From Magallana gigas (lineage: Eukaryota): a stretch of 64,000 bases of DNA. Below are positions 12,001 through 24,049 of the stretch, piece by piece. The position numbers and the translations under genes are program-made. The notes under the pieces are model-generated. The model searched no databases, was not told the DNA's origin, and saw only the letters and a list, made by a program, of their open reading frames with translations. The stretch's first letter is position 1, and every line of letters begins with the position of its first letter. The DNA lies in NCBI RefSeq assembly GCF_963853765.1, contig NC_088860.1, positions 30,628,001 to 30,692,000 on the forward strand, written 5' to 3'.

Positions 12001-15000
12001 AAATATTTGTGAGAGAAAGATTAAAATTTAATAATGCATGTTTTTGTGATTAGATATGCTTTTATATAATTTTGTGCATTTCTAGCCCTCTTGCCAAGTT
12101 TAAATAGAAAAAAAAAACTTACTTTGTATTTGTTTTGTGTAAATCATATTCTATCACAAATCACATGTAAATCTTAATACAATTATGTTGTGTCTGAACT
12201 GGATATTTTTTAAATTCTCTAGTACTATGATTTCAGGTGCTTCAAATGAAAACCTCCCAAACAATGAGTGGTTTGAGTATGATGACAATTCATCCTTCCA
12301 GTCGGGGGTTGATCAGTCTGCTGTTCAAGCCTTGATAGAACAACAAGGACCTAGCAAGCCAAAGGTCACAGTTCAAAGGTTAGCAACAAGTTATATGACT
12401 CAGGAGCCTTATGTACATGTACAATATATGAGTAAAAATAAATACAGGCTTAAATGTATATAAGAGAAAGCAAGTTTTATTATGTATTTCATAAGAAATA
12501 ATGTGAAAAATGGTGATGTTTTATACCTTCTTCAAGTATTGGAAAATAAAAATGGCAATAGAAATTTCAATTAATAAAAACCTCAATCACCTGATTATTC
12601 ATATGAAACAATATTTTATTAACATTGGAATCTGGAAGTTATTTTGATGTTTTGTGTTGTAGATCTTCAAGTGTCGACATAGGGCAATTGTCAGACCAAC
12701 TTTCTCAACAACAGTTCTACACAATAGGTATGGCAACAAATAATTTTGTAAATTTTTCATTGTTCAAAAAGAAAATAAACTTATTATGAATGCTGTATAA
12801 TGAGTTCTCCTTATTGTTGTACAGAACAAGCTATGAAGATTCTAAATAACCCGGAACAGAGTGAAGCAATGATGATGGAGGAGGTAAGATGACAGATTAC
12901 TAGTATCTTTCTTGTGCATTTGCCTGTATATGTCTTTAAAGAAATTCATTTTGTAAATGAATTGTTAATTAAATCAATTTTTAGACCATCCTGAAAGAAA
13001 CGCACATGTTACAGTTAGGATTTCAGTTGATTCTTTTACACAGATGTCATTTTCTATTCTTGCGACTTCATGTTGCCCAGAAATTTGTTTTTTAATATTA
13101 ATTATATAAATGTTGAAAATAAGAACATTTATTCAGAATCAGGAATCATCATCAGAAGGAAATGTTGTGATAGAAACAGTGAACACATCTCAAGGTTCCG
13201 AGATCACGTCACAGAACGAATTGGAACAAATAGCCCGTAATTTGAATCTCCAGGGAGAGCTCGACCCACAGACAGGGATATTCTACACCGTGACCAATGC
13301 AGCAGGTCAAACTGAGACTCGCAGACTCACGACCGAGCCCAAAGTAGTGACTGAGAGCAACCCTCAAGGGGAGGCAACCCCTGGCTCTAAGGCTTACGAC
13401 TTGTTAAGTAGCTCGCTGGCTCAGGCTCAGATAGATCTTGATCCATATCAGTTCATCGAGGAAGATGTACATGTGTTAACGGACAAATCTCCAGCTAGCA
13501 GTCAAGCTAGCAGTGGCATTGTGGGTAAGAAACATATGTTAAAAGAAGCCCCAATCATGATATGCTTTAACATTTGCTTCTCAGAGTATGTACTTAAATG
13601 CTCATAAATTACAGTTTGGAAATGCATAAGATATCCTGATAATATGGACCTTTCATACAAGATTCAACTACTGTAGTGCATTCATTGTTGAATTGTATAT
13701 AATCATTCCTTTCCTAGCAGAAACTACTGCTGCGGCAACGTCTGACAATGTTGTGACATCGGAGAGCAGCAGGACAACCACAAGTGGTTCCAATCACACC
13801 ACCACCACCATTAGAATCAAGCCAGGCAGCAGTTTTATACCTATACAGGAGATTGCCAAATCATCCACCATCAATGTCACACAAGAACAGGTACTTGTGT
13901 ACTAATACATAGATTTATTTTGGCAACTAAATGCACACTGCAGTATGGCAGTTTATTTCCTGGATGTTCAATTTGCAGTACATAAATAAATGACAACTAT
14001 TAACAGATTAACATGCAAAAGTTCATCAAATGTGTTCACTGAAAATCTGATATTTAATTGATGGAACATTGCATAAATGTGCATGAAAGTATGCATAATT
14101 ATGTTCCTTATATTTACACATGTAAATTAATCAGAATTTGGTTGATGATGTGTCAGTTAAATGTTCAGAGTTATTGTTTCTGTCATGTTTTGATGATTTT
14201 TACTGGAAAAAAACACACCTTTCAATTAAATACAATTGAGGTCTATGAAAGGGAAAGAATCTTGAGCATCATATGATTTTACCATGAAAAACTCACAGGA
14301 ATGAAAACAAATTTCTGATGGAGATTGTTTACATTTTTTCTCCATTTGAAAAGCTGTGGAACACCTCGCAAAGTTTTTTCAACATTATCATCAGGATGCT
14401 TTCATGTTGATTGCAATACAAAATCCTTTTCGACTTTTAATTTTCAGCTGTGTATTGATATCTGACAAGATAGAAAGAATATTGAAAAAAAAAATTCTTT
14501 GATATCATTCATCATATACATTTGTATAAATTACCTTTATGACTATATATTATATGCACACTGTTCATATGTTTTGACATACTGATGTACATTTGCCCGG
14601 CTGTTACAAGTTCATGTATGTGTATGGACTATTTTTATATGTTGAATCTATTATTTAGGCATTTCTATCTAATATCTGTAATCTTGTATGCCCTCTGGGC
14701 CCAAAATTGGAAATAAACTATTATTATTATTATTATATACATGTACATGTATAAGGAAAACATTTTCTTTTCACACAGAGGAGAAAATGATTAAATCATT
14801 TAAACTGGATTAATTCTAGATATTGGAACCAAATTATTATTTATAACAGAGTAACGTGTTTCATTCTAGCAATGTAAGCTTTATAAAACAATTTTTTTAA
14901 TTAGCTTTATTTAAATTCAAGACCAAGTCCAATAAAATATTAACATACACATGTAAATGTGAAGATTTTCATTTAGGATTTTTAAAAAACACAAACTAAA

Positions 15001-18000
15001 GGATTTATGAATTATTTTTAAGATGTAAGATATAGATAGAGAGTATTTAATAATTTATTTTAGAATTTACAGTATTTAGTAAGTTTTGAATAAGATGTGT
15101 AAAATTATTAATAATTTCTGTGTGATTAAGTTGTCACAATCATGCAAATATAAATTTAATACCAATCATTTTATTATCCAGTGATAATTACTGCAATGAT
15201 TAAGCAATTAACCTACTGATGCACAATCAACAGTTTTAATTGCATATGATGGTGAGAAAGGTAGAGACTATGATACCTGTAATTTACACCTGAGCTGTAA
15301 TAGGTGTAATTAGATGCAGCAAGTAGTAGTGTACCAATGAGTGGAGTCTGTAATTGGGAGGGTGTCAGGAGTAGGAGGAAGGACTCAGTAATTGCTTTGT
15401 GTACTCGGGGCCAGGTATATATATAGCCATCCCTCTGGCTAAGCTCATCACAACTTCTGGCTTCTAGCATCACAGACCTTGTGGAAATATTCAGCTGAAA
15501 GCAAAGATACAAATCCAAATAGTATATTTTTTTAAAAAGATATTTTCTACTTTTAGTGAAAGATCTTTTTGATATATCATTTTTTCCACTTTAGGAAAAA
15601 TAATATTTTTTGTGGTATTATCTGGTTAGTTTTGAAATCAGAGCAAAGATGAATGACGCACTTGTCTACGAGAGGGATTTTGCTGACCACCACAATGTTG
15701 ATGGGGAGATTCACCATGGCCGGCGCTATCCCCAAGTCACAGAGTCCTCTGTCATGCCTGCCCAGGCAGAGTACCCCCCTCCCTACTTTCCCCCACCCTA
15801 CTCCATGTCATCTCAGCCCCCCATGGACTACCACTACAACAACTCCTACGCCCCAATGTCTGACTACCAGCAGCAGGAACAGCCTTCTCAGCAGGAATAC
15901 CAGGCCATGCACAACATTGACAGAATCCATGAGTACAAGATGCAGGATGGTGGATCCAATATACACAGACCAGAGCCATTGATGCCAGGAGCGGTGCCCA
16001 TCAGCTACCCTGACCATGGTATGATGAGCAATGGAGCCCAGCAAGAACTGCCTTCAATGAATGGAAACTACCCACCTATGGAGAATTACATTCCAAGAGA
16101 GATGATTGGAAACTTTGATGCACAGTCCTCCAAAGGCATGATTGTCCACGAGAAGACTGGTCGTAATGATGTGGACATTTCTGCTGCTGCTGCTCCAGCC
16201 GACGTCTTCTGCATGGTGGATGGAAGACTCTCCCTGCTCAGCAGTACCACCAAGTACAAAGTCACCATTGCAGAAATACAGAGAAGATTGTCTCCCCCTG
16301 AGTGCCTGAATGCTTCACTGCTGGGAGGAGTTCTCAGAAGAGCCAAGTCCAAGAATGGAGGAAGATGCTTGAGGGAGAAGTTGGACAAGATTGGACTGAG
16401 TCTTCCTGCTGGAAGAAGGAAGGCTGCCCAGACAACTCTGATGACTTCTTTGGTGGAAGGTGAGGCTGTCCGGCTAGCAAGAGATTACGGATATCTGTGC
16501 GAGTCTGAATTCCCTGCCAGGAAGTGTGCCGAGTACAACTGCAAGAAATATCAGACCCCAGACCCCCAGGAAAGTATGGCACGCAAGAACATGGTGTTGG
16601 CTACCAAGCAAATCCTTAAAGAGTTCATGGATATTCTTAACCAAGACCGCTCTCCCATTGGAAACTCAAGACCCCAGCCAATCCTTGAGCCAGAGATTCA
16701 AGGCCACCTGACCAACTTCAGTCTGATCACCCACGGATTTGGATCCCCAGCCATTGTTGCCTCCCTTGCTGCAGTGCAGACCTACCTTACAGAAGTCTTG
16801 AAGGTCATGGACAAGTCCTTTGTCAACGATGGATCCATGCCTCCCTCCAAGAAGAGGAAGCTGTGAGAAGTTCCCTTTGCCTGTAAATAAAGTGCTCTCC
16901 GTGACTGACTAAAACTTACAAAGTACATGTACTTGACTGGATCTGTAATTCCCTACACATTGTGATGTCATATAACTTACTTTTCCATTGTATGTGTTGA
17001 ATGCCTTGAATTGTTCTATTGGTTTCATAATATGTGCTCATCCTTTTGTATGTTGTATTCATCGACTGTAGTTTTAGAACTAATAAATGCTATGAATATT
17101 TGATTCTCTTCTTTTCGTTTTTCTTTTTCTTTGAAAGGGTTTTCAATTATTGCCAATGCATTATAAAAAAAAAGAATGCATGATAACTGTACCAACTCAA
17201 TGTATTTTGAGTACAAAGGAAATATTCTGGAACTTCTTCATATTCAACTTGTTATTGTTAACTTTCATAGAACAGAAAAATATAGTCTCAAATATTAAAA
17301 ACATTATATGATTAGCAGCCTAAATGGTGAAAAAATAAAGAGTTTTTAATTTGCTTTTTGTAGTTGGCACCCAATGATGTTGTTCAGGAAGAGTTCAGCA
17401 CAGAGACGGTCGAGATGACAGGAACGACGGACTTCCTGTCCCAGCCTGCAGCGCTAACGGAAGAAGTCCAGTTAGTGATGGACTCGGTGGCGCTCGGAGA
17501 CCGAACCATTCAAAGCACCGAGACTGTCACCGTGGAAACCACACAAACGGTGGACCCAGCAGAAGTCAGTCTGGACAACTTTGTTGTGATGGATAACCCT
17601 ATACCAGGTAATTAATTACCCATATACAATGCCAAGTTTTTTTTTTTCGAATTAAGAGTCATATGTAATAAAAACTTTTTGTAATACAGAGAAATAATTT
17701 AACATGTATGTTAAACATAAAAGTAAGAAAGAAACAAATAATTCCATAATTTTATCTTAAAGTATACCTTATTTCTCATCTTTGATGCAGAATGTATGAA
17801 TTACTTGTAATTTTAATTATCTTTTTCCCCCAGGAACCAGTGTCAGTGAAGTTCACAGCATGGATCCCCTCAGCAGTTCTGATCCTACAGGCTTGGCTAA
17901 AATGGGCAAGAGGAAAAGGAAGGTTCCTGCAGCTTTAGAGGATAGCCCAACCCCCATTCCTGGGGGAGGCTGGAGCAGGGCATGCTTAGGGTATGGCTGT

Positions 18001-18940
18001 CCACTTCATTGTTAACTTGGTCCTTTACCTTTTGTGTAGAAGATGCACAAACGTATATCTTTGAATGTATTTATTTAGAATATGCTTATGAGGTTGATTT
18101 TCTTATTATTTTTTTTTGAATGATTACATTGTACATGTGTATGTTTTATTGCAGATTAATTCAGAAAGTGATGAAATACAGAGGTTTAAATAGACACAAA
18201 GATGATTTAAATGCCTCGACATGGTTTCTAGAACCAGGTGGGTAGTAAAGATGATATGTTTAAAAACCAGCAGGTATTTTGTTTTTCTTACAAAGAAATC
18301 ATCCACAGGGTAAATTACTGACAAACATAAATGATGCCTTTTCGTTTTCCCCAATACATGTAATTGCATTTTTGTTTCAATATCCGCCCTCTTTCTTTGT
18401 AGTGGATCCAGAAGATGCGCCTGATTATTACTCCATTATCAAGAATCCCATGGATTTTGGAACCATCAAAAAGAAATTAGAGGTTAGTTGTATGGAATTG
18501 TCATAATATAAGGGATAGATTTATACACTTGCCTTTCATAAGAAGTTACATGTTATTTTTGTTGTAAGTTTGATTTATTCATGTGTCAACAATATTTTCT
18601 ATATATGTAAACAGGGTCTTAGTTACTCGGATTATGAGGATTTCCATTCAGACATGCTGCTAGTAAGAGACAACTGTAGGCTCTATAATCCCCCAGGAAG
18701 TGTGGTGCGGAGAGACTGCGATGAAGTGTTTGCCTATTACATGTCAGAGTATGAGAGAATTCTGGAAAAATGGCAAAAGGTAGGCAAATAATAGGGGGGA
18801 AATAATTTCATAATATTTTATGAAATAAGTTATTGTAAATGTATTTATGGTTAATTGTCATTCATTTTATTTGTCAGGCTCACATCTCTTCACCGTCCTC
18901 CAAGAAATTGAAGTTTGAAAGCAGAAGTCCAAAGACATGA
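6009..18940 (+). CDS. EMSY: EMSY transcriptional repressor (N-terminal ENT domain) with in-frame C-terminal bromodomain; 25 coding exons, ~1197 aa
   Basis: Exons: 6009-6037, 6852-7016, 7138-7212, 7299-7474, 7632-7754, 8388-8620, 9323-9536, 9652-9758, 10034-10172, 10262-10426, 10754-10891, 11011-11120, 11236-11367, 11608-11776, 12237-12378, 12663-12727, 12825-12883, 13137-13524, 13718-13890, 17364-17607, 17834-17990, 18155-18237, 18403-18482, 18615-18779, 18878-18940. All GT-AG, phases match, total 3594 nt. ENT signature [24 protein letters not shown]...[20 protein letters not shown]...[33 protein letters not shown] acceptors at 7632/7635 and 13718/13721. Confidence 0.9.
7935..8145. mobile_element. 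~210-bp TA-flanked MITE (Tc1/mariner-like) in EMSY intron 5
   Basis: Terminal inverted repeats TACTGTGGTTTCAT...ATGAAACCACAGTA; second copy at 19613-19815. Confidence 0.8.
15270..15641 (+). promoter_or_regulatory. Internal promoter, 5'UTR exon and 5'UTR intron of the nested AP-2 gene
   Basis: CCAAT at 15334-15338, TATATATATAG at ~15416-15426 and five GTAAT sites (15279-15395). Probable donor GTATAT at ~15522 and acceptor tttgaaatcag ending at 15641, 7 nt before the ATG. Confidence 0.55.
15649..16866 (+). CDS. TFAP2: Transcription factor AP-2 family protein (405 aa), intronless CDS, nested on the same strand in EMSY intron 19
   Basis: Uninterrupted ORF with PY activation motif PPPYFPPPY and AP-2 basic/helix-span-helix region ([68 protein letters not shown]...[17 protein letters not shown]). 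C-terminal NLS-like [14 protein letters not shown] at 16886-16891. Confidence 0.93.
   Translation: MNDALVYERDFADHHNVDGEIHHGRRYPQVTESSVMPAQAEYPPPYFPPPYSMSSQPPMDYHYNNSYAPMSDYQQQEQPSQQEYQAMHNIDRIHEYKMQDGGSNIHRPEPLMPGAVPISYPDHGMMSNGAQQELPSMNGNYPPMENYIPREMIGNFDAQSSKGMIVHEKTGRNDVDISAAAAPADVFCMVDGRLSLLSSTTKYKVTIAEIQRRLSPPECLNASLLGGVLRRAKSKNGGRCLREKLDKIGLSLPAGRRKAAQTTLMTSLVEGEAVRLARDYGYLCESEFPARKCAEYNCKKYQTPDPQESMARKNMVLATKQILKEFMDILNQDRSPIGNSRPQPILEPEIQGHLTNFSLITHGFGSPAIVASLAAVQTYLTEVLKVMDKSFVNDGSMPPSKKRKL
17975..18779 (+). other. Bromodomain encoded by EMSY exons 21-24
   Basis: Spliced translation [111 protein letters not shown]. It has the canonical F.EPV...APDYY.IIK.PMD..TIKKKL and NC..YN motifs, including the acetyl-lysine-binding Asn. 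Confidence 0.92.
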
Positions 18941-19612
18941 ACTTGATCCTCATGTTCTCAATCCATTGTGCCAAATTTATCTCAGCGTTCTATTGATTAG
19001 CTGAGAGCATACTGTTCACTGCCAGATATTATATATTTTTACTTACATTGTATAATGATTTGTGTGCATGTATTTGTAAGAAATTCTTTAAAGATTACTA
19101 GTTACTCATTCTCCTAAAATCATGTCTTAGAAATTGCTCCATAATTGAAATCTTCTTAATTGACAAAAAGAACCATGTATGGCTCATAGGTACTTAGATA
19201 AACAGGTAAATATAGATACAAGTATGTGTGTAACATACTAGATAGAGATATGAAGTACAATTGATGATTTGATACATATCAAATAGACATGATCATTCTG
19301 TGAGAATTTTAGCCTTTTTTAACCATTTGTAGTGCAATATCATTTTATGTTGAAGTTGCTGACTTTGGTATTTTCCACCCATTTACTCTGAATGTCTTAT
19401 TTAAATGACTCAGTAGTTTAGATATGTGGAAATAAGGTTATTGAAAGTTAGGTCTTTGAAGAATTATCATATTTGTGTTTGTTATGTTATTGTTTACGAC
19501 TTGAAGGCATTTGTATATTCTCCTGAATATCGATTTCTATTACGTTTCAAATCTAGCATATTAAATTTGTTTAACATTAAAGTGAGTTTGTTAATGTTTG
19601 ATAATTCTTACA

Positions 19613-19815
19613 TACTGTGGTTTCATCATTATTCGTTGAATACCAATTTTGGTGGATTTCCTTGTTTAGTTGATCCAGGAAATTAAATGTGCAATTTCTA
19701 TTAACATTTTGTATTGAGAGGGTCATTGGCCACAAATTTCGATGTATCCTCGAAACTATGATTTTACCTATATCGACGAAAATTGATACCCTTGAATATT
19801 AATGAAACCACAGTA
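19613..19815. mobile_element. Second copy of the ~210-bp TA-flanked MITE
   Basis: Same TACTGTGGTTTCAT/ATGAAACCACAGTA ends and internal similarity to 7935-8145. Confidence 0.8.
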
Positions 19816-20509
19816 TACATTTTTAAACAAGTTAGGTCTTGAGGGTGTTATCGAAAAGGAAAGGAATGCAACGACCTCTTTTACACATGTATGCAAACCG
19901 AACTTTGTTTTCTCTAATATCATTGATATGTTGAAGTGAATTAGAAGCACCAACTTCTGATTGGGGTAACATCTTGCACTGTTCTTTTTTTATCTAGAAT
20001 TTTTATCTTATTGCTATCTACTTGAAGATAAGTTTGGTTAAATAATTACCAGTTAACAACTTTCAATAATACAATTTGTAACATTGGACTAAAAAAGCAT
20101 GAAACAACAAACTTTTTATTATTGTAAAATTGCCAATACATCTACTCTAAAAGTCTATGTGAATTAAAATTTCTGAAATTATTTTTTTTTTATCACAACT
20201 GCCTATACTCATCAAGACGGGGCAAAATTCTTTGTAAGTGTAAAAAAAACAAGCAAAAACAACAACAATGTATACCGAATTTCTCTTAAATAGGTCAAAG
20301 GAATCCATTTACTGCACGTGAGGTTCCACCCCCTTGATAATGACAGATCTTTTATGCAATGGTTCAACCTACCATCATTTCTATTTTTTTTTTTTTATAG
20401 ATGCTTCACACTAAAAGATAAATTTTATTCACATATAATTATTATTAGTCATAAAAAAGCGATTTCTATGTTACTCTGTTTACAACAAAGACTGGAGAAC
20501 AATATTGTG

Positions 20510-20845
20510 GTTTTTAACCAGGTTTTCCAGCGGAAAAATCCGGTTATTGAAATGGTGGGTGGGTGGGCGGCTGCCAAAAGGGTACCCTCATTGTACGGAT
20601 ACCTCCTCCTACAGTTTTCAAGTTAGGAAGTTGTTCTTTTGCAGATCAATTGTACATATATAAGAGGTGTGCATATTGCGCTAGGATTTTGATTTCTGAT
20701 AATTTATGGATAAAATACCAGCTTTTAAACTAAGTCATTTTTGGCAAAATATTGCATATAGGGTACCCTTATTGTACGGATAACTCCTCCTACAGTTTTC
20801 AAGATAGGAATTTGTTCTTTTGCAGATCAATTGTACATATATCGG
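20510..20845. repeat. Truncated satellite-carrying element with ~1.4 units of a ~180-bp repeat
   Basis: AGGGTACCC...TTGTACGGATA..TCCTCCTACAGTTTTCAAG..AGGAA..TGTTCTTTTGCAGATCAATTGTACATATAT occurs at ~20580 and ~20760, preceded by a (GGGT/GGGC)n tract. Confidence 0.5.
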
Positions 20846-20882
20846 GGGGAGGGGGGGGAGAGAGATTATTAACATTTTAAAG

Positions 20883-23515
20883 AAAAGGGGGGGGGGGTCA
20901 AACTAAATCTATACGCGATATATGTATATGATAAAAATTTATGACAATAAAAAAAAATGAATAATAGTTTCAAAATATTCATTCCTTTATATCTAGTCCG
21001 ATATCAACTCGTCAGATTTTTATGTAGACTTAAAATTGTCTGATAACAAATGTGAAGATCCTGTTATTTAGCAGAGTACATACAACAAAGAGAGTGACCA
21101 TTTGATTCTGAATCAGAAATAATTTTGAAAAAAATTATTCTTCGTAACTTGGTCGCCGGATCCGTCTTCCGTTTTCGATTTGCGAGTTAACGTGACGTCA
21201 CAATCATAGTCACATGGTATAACGTCACAATCAAAACGACGCAATCACTATCACTACAGCATACACAGAGGAGTTGGCAGGTAATGAAAAATCGCATGGT
21301 TGTCGGTAATTTGGACAATTAAATATTATATGTATGCACATAAACATCATATCTCAGATGTGGTTATGAAAGACATCTCTCGTTTCAGATCACAGTAAAA
21401 TGGAGTCACAGTCAGATTCTAGAAATGGTCCAGTTTTCAATATGGTAAGTAAAATTAATTTTGTATGCGTTATCGATAAATCATAAAGTTGCCAGAGAAT
21501 TTTACAATCTCTTTTGTCTTCTTTAAATATAGGAAAACGGTCCAATCACAGAGGACCAGGAGTTTCAACGTTCAGATGACAAGAGAGCAAATGGAATCGG
21601 AAATGGAGAAATGCAACGTCGAATTAAGAACATTCCTATATTAGAGGAAAGAAGACTCCTTGCGCTAGAAAGGCACATCAAGCGTAAACGGAGGAGACGG
21701 CCGTACGTCAAAAAGATGAAGAGTTCGGAGAAGATTGAGCATCTTGACAAAACCATTGGGGCTCCAAATGGAAGAATGTCAGGCGACCCTGGGGCGTTTG
21801 ATTTAAAGGACGAGGTGGTACAAGCATTAGAAGGGAACGGGAAAGAAGATTGGAGTCAGAATGAGACTGAGGGTACTGGGATGGCAGTTGCAGAGAAAGA
21901 TGAGGAGAAGCCAAATGGTCAGATTGAGAATTCTGTGGTTCAATCACCAAAGATAAATGTCGAAGAAGACGAGTCACAGGGTGTACAATTTGATAAGTTG
22001 GTTGAATACTTACTTGACGGAGTAAAATCAGAAATTGTAAAGAAAGTTGAAGAAGGATTAAAGAGTCAACGAGAAGTGAACCAGTCGATGGTTGAAGAGG
22101 AACGTCATATCAAAAAGGATGAAGGGGCTGGTATGGAGGTGAAGCAAGAAAAGGAAGAAAATTTCACTCCCGTAAAAGAAGTAAATACTTCACCGTCTGA
22201 AGATGCTACGCACGTGGACGATGAAGGCTTGAAGAAAGAGAGAGAAAACTTTCGAGATGAAGGGCATAAAGATTTGGAAAGAGCGAATGACAGTGAAAAC
22301 AAAATTTTTGATTTCGGGTAAAATATCGTCCTTTCTTTTTTTTACTACATGCATACATTGTATTTGTAATTCACTAGTAATTGTATTTCATTGTTCTATT
22401 TTCTTTTTTAAATAAAAATTAAATACGTACTCGACGTGAGATGTATTAAATGTTAAGTATAAATCTCAATTAAGCAATTTAATACAAAATGTATATTATA
22501 TGTACAGAAAACACTTATAACTATCATATTTCATAACTATTAAATTTCTTCACAGATATGAAAAAGCCGAACAAAGTTTCATCATATCAGGTACTGGTCC
22601 TGAATTGGAAGCCGTAGAAACTAATCAGCTGTTAAAAGAAGAAGGAGGAATGGAAAAGACCGGTTTCAATGTAAGTAACATGGTTATTACATTTCATTAT
22701 TATTTTACAACTTACCAAGAAATTAGAGATATTATAATACGGCGCTGGAGAAATGTATAAAACACTCATAAAACTGTAATGAGCTATATATTTATCCAAA
22801 TTTGTTTATTTTGAGAGAAGAGAAGGCGGCGATGTCAAATTTTTCTCTCTATAAATTCCTCGTTATAAATGGCATTAGTTGTCCTGAAATTAATAAAAGA
22901 TTTAATGACCCCTTTCACTGAAATACAAAACTGTAACTTATTATTAAAAATTGATTTTGGTAAAAAATCAGTTTCTCTTTTCTATTTTTTTAGATTGTCC
23001 TCGATGACGATGATGAAGATGATGACGATGATGGCTTCATGCCGAGAAAATTGTTTTTCTTCAGCTTTTCCGAATTCAAGGTAATTCTTTACTTCTAGAT
23101 AGTGTACTTGTAAAATTTATTTCACGGCAAATATACAATTACAAGATTTATGAATGTTGATTGATTTTATAACACTTTTATTGTTCACACTGATAAATTG
23201 CCTTTAACAGCTGTATCTTCCAGTCTTTTATAAACTTCAATGTCAGCGTACATGCACGTACCTTGAACACGTATATATGAATACTATATAAGATATTTTT
23301 AATTTCGCTTTATTTAGAAAGAAGAGGCCTCCGCATGATGGAAGAATACGAATTTTCAGCAAAAACAACATTCCACTTTTCAGGGTTAATTTGTTGAATA
23401 ATGATACGAGTTTAAGAAATAAAATTTAAAATTATTCTTCATAGATGTTGGCTACTTTTATTTAAAAGCTATGAACACCTCTTCAGACTGCAATATTAAA
23501 ATAAAAGTACTGAAG
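20883..23515 (+). repeat. Left arm of a ~2.6-kb inverted segmental duplication
   Basis: Reverse complement of 38544-41285, from the outer GGGGGG-TCAAACTAAATCTATACGCGATATATG boundary to the inner AGTACTGAAG boundary, including promoter, exons and introns. Confidence 0.92.
21400..23338 (+). CDS. Unrecognised charged protein, copy A (~350 aa, 5 coding exons)
   Basis: Coding exons 21400-21444, 21533-22317, 22556-22670, 22994-23080, 23318-23338, with matching phases (0,2,0,0) and canonical sites. Non-coding exon ends at 21280. AATAAA at ~23417. Basic cluster HIKRKRRRRP, E/D/K-rich middle, C-terminal IVLDDDDEDDDDDGFMPRKLFFFSFSEFKKEEASA. Confidence 0.75.
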
Positions 23516-24049
23516 TAATGAAATACGGGCTCCTTTGGTGTGTCTTTATGCATATTTTGTAGTAAAGTTGAAAATATCTCTCTCTTTCTCTTATGCTTTT
23601 AATGTCGACAAAGCGTCAGAGAGCGACCAAATTTTGTAAGCGACTGTAAACAAAAGTATGTCTGTCTAGTAGAAAAAAGTTCAACAGTTGCTGCCTTGAA
23701 TTTTGCAACAAGCGTTATATATTCAATCCCCATTTCTTTAACCCGCAGCAAAGTAGTTCATAACAATTCATGCGCATTATACATGTATGTGTCCAAAATG
23801 CATAGTCTTGTTTTTAAAGCACGTTATTAATAAGAAAACTTAAAAAGATAGACAATACTCTCGGAAACAAAAACAAAATGCCAGCACTTTTGACAAAACG
23901 TGGCTCTTTGTGTACCTATTTGGTATAGTGCAAGCTTTTACTTTGACGCTGTTTGGTTTTTTGTTTACTTTTGAAGTTGTGCTATTTATAGTAACATTAG
24001 CGATTTGTATGCCTAGTGCCATGACTCTGCTCACAGCAGATCCCGGCTA

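Noticed and set aside
15610-15648. ORF-track N-terminal extension of AP-2 ([13 protein letters not shown])
   Set aside because: It starts at a non-ATG codon inside a pyrimidine-rich intron end with an AG at 15640-15641; the ATG at 15649 is the plausible start.
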